From the NCBI GenBank assembly GCA_017453245.1, contig JAFTKM010000018.1:10916-74915 (forward strand): DNA of 64,000 bases, given 5' to 3'. Numbering within the stretch: position 1 is the stretch's first letter; each line of letters starts with the position of its first letter. Shown here piece by piece: positions 56,159 to 64,000 of the stretch. The stretch comes from Clostridia bacterium (lineage in GTDB: Bacteria > Bacillota > Clostridia > Oscillospirales > CAG-272). A model generated the notes under the pieces. That model did not search any database. It saw only the letters and a list, made by a program, of their open reading frames with translations, and was not told the origin of the DNA. The position numbers were made by a program, and so were the translations under genes.

Positions 56159-56932
56159 TCAATATCCCATTTCTCCGAGCTCATTTGCAAGACTGACGTA
56201 AAAATCAAGTATACGCCGTCTGTTCTTCCTCTTTGCCAGAAAGTCGACTATCTGCGTGTGAGATACTGAGTCGTCAAGACACTCTCCTCGATAATTCTCA
56301 TACTTCGCCGACTCCTCTGAGACCATACCGTCGTTTTCGATCCCCTCGGTGTGGTTATAGAGCGTGAGCGGCACAGCCATAAGCACGCAGTCCTTACCGC
56401 TTTTCAGCTTGGTCGAGTAGCTCTGGCAATACACCTTGTCGGAGAAGCTCTCCTCCTCGACCTCACCCTCGGCCTTTTTCAACTGCTCGCACACCTTCAT
56501 AGAGTCGGGATTTTTGTCTCCTATCAGCTTGTAGAAGCCATTTATGAAGAAGGTGAGCACCTTCTTCAGCCACATGGGCAGACTCCACAGCTGCGTTGCG
56601 ATAGCCGAGCCGCGGTGCGGAGTGCAAAGTGTTGTGAGCGAGGCGACTTTATCCGCCATATCAAGCTCTCTTATCATATACTTTGAATCAAGTCCGCCCT
56701 TGGAGTGCCCTATGATGTTGACCTTATCAGCGCCCGTGCTATCTAACACCCCGAGGATTATCTCCTTGAGCTGCTCAGCGTTTGACTCGATAGTGCCAAA
56801 GCCGTCTGTACCCGCAGTATAGACGTCATATCCCGCCTCTTTCAGCGTGTATTCAATTTTACCGAAGGCACGGATAAACTTCGTCTCTTTCAGGGCGATT
56901 CCGTGCACCAGAATTATAGGATACTTTGTCAT
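56159..56932 (-). CDS. Triacylglycerol lipase-like alpha/beta hydrolase
   Basis: TKYPIILVHG, KVNIIGHSKGGLD, TPHRGS, ENDGMV. Confidence 0.88.
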   Translation of the reverse strand: MTKYPIILVHGIALKETKFIRAFGKIEYTLKEAGYDVYTAGTDGFGTIESNAEQLKEIILGVLDSTGADKVNIIGHSKGGLDSKYMIRELDMADKVASLTTLCTPHRGSAIATQLWSLPMWLKKVLTFFINGFYKLIGDKNPDSMKVCEQLKKAEGEVEEESFSDKVYCQSYSTKLKSGKDCVLMAVPLTLYNHTEGIENDGMVSEESAKYENYRGECLDDSVSHTQIVDFLAKRKNRRRILDFYVSLANELGEMGY

Positions 56933-57123
56933 ATTGCCGGTCCTTTAATGCTTTTTTCAGCGTGTATTATCAAGTTCATTATATATCCGCTTGCGAAAAT
57001 AGTCAAGAGAATTTGCCGAAAGCCGCCGTTTATTAACGAATAGTTAAAAAACACTTGCCTTTTTCCTATGATTAGTGTATAATAAATTGACAATTACCAT
57101 AAGAATGTACATCGCGAGGCAAA

Positions 57124-58395
57124 ATGGACAATATAGAAGTAAATTATAAGAACCCGAAAAAGTATAAAACAGCGAAATATCCGATCCGTCAGCCGAGATA
57201 CCTGACCTGGCTTATCCAGGTGCTCTCAAAGATAATGCTCATAGGCAAGGAGCATAAGGTAGAGAAGATCAACGTCGAGGGACTTAAGCCTCCGTATCTT
57301 CTTCTTTCCAACCATATGTCCTTCGTGGACTTTGAGATGGTATCTCTTTGCACCTATCCCCATAGAGTAAACAACGTCGTAAACATCGACGGATTTTATA
57401 TGAGAGCCTGGCTTCTTGAGTGGATAGGCGCTATCTGCACAAGAAAGTTCACCACCGACCTCCACCTTATCAAGTCTATCCGCAAGGTGCTTGAGCGAGG
57501 TGACGTCCTCTGTATGTATCCCGAGGCGAGATATTCTCCCGCGGGCACAACGTCATATCTTCCCGAGTCACTCGGTATGCTCGTCAAGAAGAGCAAGGTG
57601 CCCGTAGTTATCGCGCTACATCACGGCAATTATCTCCATTCTCCCTTCTGGAACTTCCGCAAGAAGAGAAAGGTGCCGCTTTATACCACCTTCACCAAGC
57701 TCTGGGATCCCGAGGATATTGAGAAAATGTCGGTGGAGGAGATAAACGCAGGACTTAAGGAAGCTCTTACCTACGATGACTATAAGTACCAGAAGGACAA
57801 CGGTATACTCATAACCGAGCCTTACCGCGCAGAGGGACTTAACAAGATACTCTATCAGTGTCCTAACTGTAAGACCGAGCACAAAATGTCCTCCGAGGGC
57901 GCGGAGCTCTTCTGTGAGGCGTGCGGCAAGAGATGGTATATGAATGAGGATAGCACACTCACCGCAAAGGAGGGCGAGACAGAGTTTTCGCATATCCCCG
58001 ATTGGTTCGAGTGGGAGAGGGAGCAGGTCCGCGCCGAGATCGAGCGTGGCGAGTACTCCTTCGAAGATGACGTCGAGGTCTATTCCTTACCGAGATGCTA
58101 TAAATACGAGCCTCTCGGCTTTGGAAAGCTTACTCACGACCCCGAGCATGGCTTTATTCTCACAGGTCACTACCGCGGCGAGGATTACCGCATCCAGCGT
58201 ACACCCTTACAGACTAACAGCCTGCACGTAGAGTATGATTTCCTTCGTATCAAGCCCTTTGACCTTGTGGATATTTCCACCGAGAACGACTCCTTCTACT
58301 GCTATACCACAAAGCGTGACGTTATCACCAAGCTGTCCTTCGCAACCGAGGAGATATACAAAATAGAGCTTGAGAAAAAGAGAAATAGCAAATAA
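57124..58395 (+). CDS. Lysophospholipid (PlsC-type) acyltransferase with a C-terminal CxxC region
   Basis: SNHMSFVD (HX4D), YPEAR; YQCPNC...CEACG. Confidence 0.82.
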   Translation: MDNIEVNYKNPKKYKTAKYPIRQPRYLTWLIQVLSKIMLIGKEHKVEKINVEGLKPPYLLLSNHMSFVDFEMVSLCTYPHRVNNVVNIDGFYMRAWLLEWIGAICTRKFTTDLHLIKSIRKVLERGDVLCMYPEARYSPAGTTSYLPESLGMLVKKSKVPVVIALHHGNYLHSPFWNFRKKRKVPLYTTFTKLWDPEDIEKMSVEEINAGLKEALTYDDYKYQKDNGILITEPYRAEGLNKILYQCPNCKTEHKMSSEGAELFCEACGKRWYMNEDSTLTAKEGETEFSHIPDWFEWEREQVRAEIERGEYSFEDDVEVYSLPRCYKYEPLGFGKLTHDPEHGFILTGHYRGEDYRIQRTPLQTNSLHVEYDFLRIKPFDLVDISTENDSFYCYTTKRDVITKLSFATEEIYKIELEKKRNSK

Positions 58396-58399
58396 AAAC

Positions 58400-58446
58400 A
58401 AAAAACGCTTGTGAACTCGCTCAAAGTTCGTACACAAGCGTTTTTT
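58400..58446. terminator. Bidirectional terminator
   Basis: AAAAAACGCTTGTG.AC...GTACACAAGCGTTTTTT. Confidence 0.7.
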
Positions 58447-58492
58447 CATTCTTCAAAAAATATACTTTTGCTTGGATAAATGAATATAAAAA

Positions 58493-58774
58493 TTAATTAA
58501 TTGGCAGAGGAGGTATATGAGATACACCGAAAAATATGATCAGTGCGGTTAATATCGCAACTGCGATGACAGTTATTAAACGCGCTATCTGACGATCGAG
58601 AAGCTTTTGCGTTATACAAAGATACGTACATGTAAAAATCCAACCGAGTACTTCAAATAGCGTGCTTCTTCCTGAATAATACGCATAATATTGTTTAAGC
58701 ATATATGATGCTGAAACTAATGCAGTATACAAAACACTGACAATTGATGTAATAATGATTTTTTTCTTTTTCAT
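58493..58774 (-). CDS. Small three-TM hypothetical protein (AT-rich)
   Basis: MKKKKIII... hydrophobic ORF downstream of the secreted protein. Confidence 0.5.
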   Translation of the reverse strand: MKKKKIIITSIVSVLYTALVSASYMLKQYYAYYSGRSTLFEVLGWIFTCTYLCITQKLLDRQIARLITVIAVAILTALIIFFGVSHIPPLPIN

Positions 58775-58794
58775 ATTTCTGTTATCTATCAAAG

Positions 58795-59958
58795 TTATTC
58801 TCTAACGTAAGGCGATTTTGAAAAAATGGATCTAAGAGAAACAGCGCCTTTATATCCACACGTATTACAGATTCCAAGGATTTCATTATAGTTATCTGAA
58901 TGGTATCCTGTTTTTGTAAATCCGCACAAACTGCATAGTCCAATATGTGAGTATGCATCTTGAGACTGCCAACTACACAAATGCCTCTCGTTTTTGGAAT
59001 AGCCACAATCAGTACACACTACTTCGTGATACAACAGATTGATAGAAGCGGATGTTTGAAAATTATGAGTAAACACTTCTACATTATCGCATTTTTCACA
59101 CGCTGATGCATGAGTGGTAGAATTTTGAGAAGTGAAATTTATGTAACTGTGTGTACAATCAGGATCACCGTATTCATATACAAAACTACCGTTAAGCCAA
59201 ATATAGTCATAGTCTTCAGGGATATCGATATTTGATGAATTCCAAGGCTCGAAAACCTCATACTCCATATAGTACGGGTAGGAAATTGAATTAGTGTAAT
59301 AGTAGTAAACTATTTTTATTTTTCCGGTCGTGCTATTTTCGATTGCATCTGTTAAATCCCATTCTTCTAGATTGTTTAAACAGTAAACAACGTATCCAAT
59401 AGATAGGTCGGTAAGTACGGATGTTATAGTTGAAGAAATTCCTAAAAGTTTAGCTATCTCTTTTGTTATTGAATCGGTAATGAGTCTTGTGCCTATACCC
59501 ATTAAATATGATATAGTATCATCTAATGCATTCCCGGAATTAATTGCATGTTGCAAAAAAACAACTTGCTCTGCAGGTAAATATATGACGCGTGTGTAAA
59601 TAATATTGGAGATGTTACTAAGTTCTCCTGTATAATCAAGAAATAATGTTCCGCCTGAGCTGGAAGATATGGTTGTGGTGGAAGTCGATGTCATAGACAG
59701 CTCATCGATATGAGTTTCACCTTCAAAAATTAAAGAGTTGTTTTCGCTGAAATTGTCTTCAATGGTAGTATCAGAGTATGATTTATCATCTCTTTTTTGA
59801 GAGGCCGTAGGTTTTTTAGCAACTCTCAAGTTTTCGTTATAAGTATAAGGCGAGTTGTTGGAAATATCAGTTGAATTAGATAATGCAGATGCGGTGGTTA
59901 CAGATAGGAAAGAAATAAATGTTAAAAAAATAAACAAAGAAATAAGTCTTTTAATCAT
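58795..59958 (-). CDS. Secreted hypothetical protein with C-terminal His/Cys repeats (AT-rich)
   Basis: Signal peptide ending ASA; H..(A/V/L)CxxC repeats; AGGAGG before ATG 59958. Confidence 0.65.
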   Translation of the reverse strand: MIKRLISLFIFLTFISFLSVTTASALSNSTDISNNSPYTYNENLRVAKKPTASQKRDDKSYSDTTIEDNFSENNSLIFEGETHIDELSMTSTSTTTISSSSGGTLFLDYTGELSNISNIIYTRVIYLPAEQVVFLQHAINSGNALDDTISYLMGIGTRLITDSITKEIAKLLGISSTITSVLTDLSIGYVVYCLNNLEEWDLTDAIENSTTGKIKIVYYYYTNSISYPYYMEYEVFEPWNSSNIDIPEDYDYIWLNGSFVYEYGDPDCTHSYINFTSQNSTTHASACEKCDNVEVFTHNFQTSASINLLYHEVVCTDCGYSKNERHLCSWQSQDAYSHIGLCSLCGFTKTGYHSDNYNEILGICNTCGYKGAVSLRSIFSKSPYVRE

Positions 59959-60013
59959 TTTTTGTTCCTCCTTGCCACTATAATACCACGATATCCATAA
60001 AATGTCAATACTT

Positions 60014-60967
60014 TTATCGTATATTCCACTCATCGTATATCTTGTTGAGCTGATTTACGTATCCCTCGCGATCCTTGGGGAAGGCGAGACCGTGACCTGC
60101 ATCGGGTACGGTTATGAGCAGCTTTTTCTCGGAGGCGCACGCCTCATAGAGTCTTACACTCATATCATACGGAACAAAATCGTCGGCATCTCCGTGTACG
60201 AATACAATCGGGACTGAGCATTTTTTCATCGCGTCGATAGCTGACGCCTCCTCAAGGTCAAATCCGCCGTATATTTTCGCGCCGAGCTTGATAAAGGGGT
60301 AGAGAAGCTTTACAGGGAGCTTCATATCCTCGACCACCTTGCAGATTATCTCCTTTGGAGACGTATATCCGCAGTCGGCGAGCACGCTGATAACGTTTTT
60401 CGGCAGCTTTTCGCCCGATGCCATCATTACCGTTGCCGCGCCCATCGAGATTCCTGTGATAACGATCTTGACGTCCTCACCGAATTTCTTGATTGCAAAA
60501 TCTATCCATCCAAGGCAGTCGCGCCTTTCATTTATACCAAAGCTTATGACGTGTCCGTCGCTTGTGCCTGCCGCTCTGTGGTTGACTATAAGAGCGTTTC
60601 TTCCTACCTTGAAGGCTCTCTCGACAGCTCCGCACAGATCTCTCTCGGCATTGCCTCTGTAACCGTGGAAGAGTATTTCGACGGGCGCACCCGCAGTCTG
60701 CTCGTAATACTTGCCGCGCAAGGTAAGACCGTCGTGCGACTTGATCTCCACGTCCTCGTGGGGCATAGCTCGTATCTGCTTGGTCCAGCCTATCATATCG
60801 TCGCGGTAGACCTCGTATATCTCGCCGTCGGGTATCTCGTACTCGTCTGGACCGAGGGGCCTTCTCCTCGGTGAATAGAACACCTTAAGAAAGCAAATAA
60901 GTGAAGTTAAAAGTACTAAAACGGCAAGACCGCCGATGATAGAAAGACACCACCAAGCCCAGTGCAT
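60014..60967 (-). CDS. Membrane-anchored alpha/beta hydrolase (YqkD-like)
   Basis: N-terminal TM, FHGY, GISMGAA nucleophile elbow, HGDADDFVP, AGHG. Confidence 0.85.
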   Translation of the reverse strand: MHWAWWCLSIIGGLAVLVLLTSLICFLKVFYSPRRRPLGPDEYEIPDGEIYEVYRDDMIGWTKQIRAMPHEDVEIKSHDGLTLRGKYYEQTAGAPVEILFHGYRGNAERDLCGAVERAFKVGRNALIVNHRAAGTSDGHVISFGINERRDCLGWIDFAIKKFGEDVKIVITGISMGAATVMMASGEKLPKNVISVLADCGYTSPKEIICKVVEDMKLPVKLLYPFIKLGAKIYGGFDLEEASAIDAMKKCSVPIVFVHGDADDFVPYDMSVRLYEACASEKKLLITVPDAGHGLAFPKDREGYVNQLNKIYDEWNIR

Positions 60968-61136
60968 ATTAAGCCTCCAAATAAAAAACTATATTAACAG
61001 TATATCACATCGAGTGTGCAATGTCAATGATGAAAACAGCGGTTAAAGTCATTTTTTACCTTCTGTTCATAATTTTGAAATCACTAAACTGCCCGATAAT
61101 AACATTGGTAAAATAAGAAAAGCTTAAATCCAAACC

Positions 61137-61571
61137 TTACAAATATGCCCTCATATCAGTCGCGAGTCTGTCCTCGAGCTTTATCAGCTTTTTCGTTATA
61201 TCCTTGGACTTTTCATCTGCCGCCTTGTACTGGTTGAGATATCCCGACAGAGACTTAACTCCCATATTGCAGCCGTCGGTCATCAGGTCTGCGATTATCG
61301 CGTCCGTAGCGTGGAGTCCGAGCTTCAGGCTTGTTTTCATCCACGACATTCCAACCGCTACGGGATTCGGGTCCTTGCCATCGTCCTTGTATTTTTCAAG
61401 CAGGGCGTCGATCTCCTCCTCGAGCCTTTCGTGCTCACTTTTACAGCTTGAGAGAATCTTTTTCATCTCACCCGACTTGACGTATTTCTCGACGTCCTCG
61501 ATTGACTTTACTCCCATTTTTATTCCCGCGTCACATTCGCGAAGCAGCTTTATCGTATCTTGCTCAATCAT
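61137..61571 (-). CDS. Ferritin-like four-helix hypothetical protein
   Basis: LLRECDAGIKMG, IADLMTDGCNMGVKSL..YLNQY. Confidence 0.7.
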   Translation of the reverse strand: MIEQDTIKLLRECDAGIKMGVKSIEDVEKYVKSGEMKKILSSCKSEHERLEEEIDALLEKYKDDGKDPNPVAVGMSWMKTSLKLGLHATDAIIADLMTDGCNMGVKSLSGYLNQYKAADEKSKDITKKLIKLEDRLATDMRAYL

Positions 61572-61720
61572 TTTTTATAAACTCCTTTTAGGTGATACAT
61601 TTATTTTCGCCGCGCAGCTCCGAAATATACGCCGATATTATTTGCGTATGTTGATTTTTTACTTAGCGTGTGATATAATTGTGGTAAATATATTTTCCGC
61701 TGATGAGAAAGGGTATTACT

Positions 61721-64000
61721 ATGATAAGACAGCTTGATAAGGTATTTGTACTTGATACAAAGAATACGACCTACGCCTTCCGCGTGTTGGAGAGCGGTCA
61801 TCTTGAGCATCTTTACTACGGAGAAAAAATTGAAATAAGAGAGGCGGGGGATGCCGCGCCGCTTATGGAGAAGCAGGCCTTCGCACCCGGTAACTCAAAC
61901 GTGTATAATGAGAAATTCCCGAATCTCTCGCTCGAGAATATCCGTCTTGAGATGTCCTCCTACGGCAAGAGCGATATCCGTGAGCCCTTCGTAGAGATCA
62001 CGCACGCCGACGGCAGCTATACTCAGGACTTTCTCTTTGATTCTGCCGTTATCCGCGAGGGCAAGACTCCTCTTGCGACTCTGCCTTCATCCTATGAGGA
62101 GGAGGGAACAGTCCACGAGCTCACAGTTACCCTGAAGGACAAAGGCTATGACCTGACCCTCGAGCTTGTCTACGCCGTATTTGAGGACCGCGACGTTATC
62201 ACACGCTCATCAAGGCTCAGGAATACCTCCTCGGATAGCATCAGACTTAACAGACTTATGAGTACACAGCTCGACTTCGAGGACTCGTGCTACGTCCTTA
62301 CTACCTTCAACGGTAGCTGGGCAAGGGAAATGTACCGCCACGATACAAGCGTGGTGGCAGGAAAGTGCATAAATTCCACCTACGCAGGCACCTCGTCAAG
62401 CAGAGCTAACCCCTTCGTTATGCTTTCCCGTCCCGAAACCACCGAGGATAAGGGACTTTGCTACGGTCTCAACCTCGTTTACAGCGGCAATCACTATGAG
62501 TGCGCGGAGGTAAACAGCCACGGCAAGACCAGATTTGTCAGCGGTATTAATCCCGCGAGCTTTACAATTCTCCTCAATCCCGGTGAGTATTTCGAAACCC
62601 CCGAGGCGGTTATGACGGTATCCGAGGACGGCTACAACGGTATGAGTCAGCGTATGCATGCCTTTGTAAGAAATTGTATAGTCAGAGGTGAGTGGAAGAA
62701 AAAGACGCGTCCCGTGCTCCTTAACAGCTGGGAGGCATCCTACTTTGATATCAACGAGCACAAGCTCTTAAAGCTTGCTAAGGAGGGCAGAGACGTCGGT
62801 GTTGAGCTCTTCGTTATGGATGACGGCTGGTTTGGTGAGAGAAAGGATGACAAGCGCTCTCTCGGTGACTGGTACGTCAATAAGAAGAAGCTCCCGGGAG
62901 GAATTTCCCGCCTTTGCGATAAGGTAAACGAGCTCGGACTCGATTTCGGCATATGGGTTGAGCCCGAGATGGTAAACGTGGACAGCGACCTCTACCGCGC
63001 TCACCCCGAGTGGGCTCTTGAGATTCCCGGCAAGCCTCATTCCGAGGGCAGAAATCAGCGCATACTCGACCTCACCAATCCCGCGGTCGTGGACTATCTT
63101 ATCGAGCAGATGAGCTCAGTCTTTTCCTCTGCTAACATCTCCTACGTCAAGTGGGATATGAACAGAATATTCTCGGATTACTACTCGCAGTATCTCCCCG
63201 CCGAGAGGCAGGGCGAGGTATCGCACCGTTATATGATAGGTCTCTACCGACTTGTGCGCACCCTTACCGAGAGATTCCCGAAGATACTCTTTGAGGGCTG
63301 TGCCTCGGGCGGTAACCGCTTCGACCTCGGTATCCTCTCCTACTTCCCGCAGATTTGGGCGAGTGACGATACCGACGCTATCTACCGCGTAAAGGGGCAG
63401 ACGGGTTATAGCTACGGCTATCCTATGTCCACAGTCGGCGCGCACGTCTCCGCGTGTCCCAATCATCAGACGCTACGTATGACTCCCTTGGCTACCAGAT
63501 TTGACGTAGCGGCATTCGGAGTCCTCGGCTACGAATGTAACCTGTGTGATATGAGCGCCGAGGAGAAAAAGCAGATAAGAGAGCAGATCGCTCTTTACAA
63601 AAAATGGCGCGAGGTTCTTCAATTCGGGTACTTTTACCGAGGCAGAAGTGATAATTTCTATGAGTGGACCTGCGTCGGCGAGGACGGCACAAGGGCGGTC
63701 GGAATGCTCCTTCAGGTGCTCACCGAGCCCAATACCGCCTTCGCACAGTTCTCCCCGAGAGGGCTTGACAAGGACACGAAATATCACTTCTACAACATCG
63801 AGCGCAAGGTAAGGATCAAGCCCTTTGGCGACCTTGTGAATATGCTCTCGCCTATACATATCAAGTACGATTCTCTCGTTCACAACATCGTGGACAAGTT
63901 TGTTAAGATGCCCGGCGAGGTCGAGGATTACACCGCTTACGGCAGTACTCTTATGAGGGGCGTCAAGCTTAAAGCCTCCTTTGCGGGCACAGGCTTTGAC
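61721..64000 (+). CDS. Alpha-galactosidase, GH36 (3'-truncated by the window)
   Basis: Absent from the ORF track because it has no stop; hand translation gives MIRQLDKVFVLDT..., LNSWEASYFD, ELFVMDDGWFG, FGIWVEPEMV, YVKWDMNR, FEGCASGGNRFD, QIWASDDTD. Confidence 0.93.
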   Translation, partial: MIRQLDKVFVLDTKNTTYAFRVLESGHLEHLYYGEKIEIREAGDAAPLMEKQAFAPGNSNVYNEKFPNLSLENIRLEMSSYGKSDIREPFVEITHADGSYTQDFLFDSAVIREGKTPLATLPSSYEEEGTVHELTVTLKDKGYDLTLELVYAVFEDRDVITRSSRLRNTSSDSIRLNRLMSTQLDFEDSCYVLTTFNGSWAREMYRHDTSVVAGKCINSTYAGTSSSRANPFVMLSRPETTEDKGLCYGLNLVYSGNHYECAEVNSHGKTRFVSGINPASFTILLNPGEYFETPEAVMTVSEDGYNGMSQRMHAFVRNCIVRGEWKKKTRPVLLNSWEASYFDINEHKLLKLAKEGRDVGVELFVMDDGWFGERKDDKRSLGDWYVNKKKLPGGISRLCDKVNELGLDFGIWVEPEMVNVDSDLYRAHPEWALEIPGKPHSEGRNQRILDLTNPAVVDYLIEQMSSVFSSANISYVKWDMNRIFSDYYSQYLPAERQGEVSHRYMIGLYRLVRTLTERFPKILFEGCASGGNRFDLGILSYFPQIWASDDTDAIYRVKGQTGYSYGYPMSTVGAHVSACPNHQTLRMTPLATRFDVAAFGVLGYECNLCDMSAEEKKQIREQIALYKKWREVLQFGYFYRGRSDNFYEWTCVGEDGTRAVGMLLQVLTEPNTAFAQFSPRGLDKDTKYHFYNIERKVRIKPFGDLVNMLSPIHIKYDSLVHNIVDKFVKMPGEVEDYTAYGSTLMRGVKLKASFAGTGFD

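Noticed and set aside
62396-63883. Several minus-strand ORFs near the window end
   Set aside because: Shadows of the plus-strand GH36 gene, which the track omits because it lacks a stop within the window.

Overview
A 64-kb chromosomal segment from a Firmicute, most consistent with a Clostridia-class gut or rumen organism (sigma-A TTGACA/TATAAT promoters, GGAGG ribosome-binding sites, ECF S-component, DegV/DAK2 and many lipoproteins). Recognisable genes include glyA, fucI, a uracil permease, cardiolipin synthase, a truncated GH36 alpha-galactosidase, two HssRS-like two-component systems, two GntR(YtrA)-ABC operons, a heterodimeric ABC exporter, a cobalamin-riboswitch-controlled DUF4430/S-component pair and tRNA-Trp(CCA). 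No rRNA, CRISPR array, integrase or transposase gene was found. The main leads are: (1) three non-coding 'hairpin-ladder' modules (21969-22137, 22204-22382, 27961-28107) that share one branched, bistable architecture but use different core sequences; (2) an operon fakA-plsX-fakB-[YghO/bCerS-like GNAT]-ACP that could activate exogenous fatty acids for amide-lipid synthesis; (3) nested small insertion elements behind tRNA-Trp, followed by a type I toxin-antitoxin-like cassette; (4) a leader-peptide attenuator upstream of the ABC exporter; and (5) an AT-richer lipoprotein array whose domains are shared with a membrane-tethered XRE regulator. Product calls rest on motif recognition by eye; no searches or folding programs were run.
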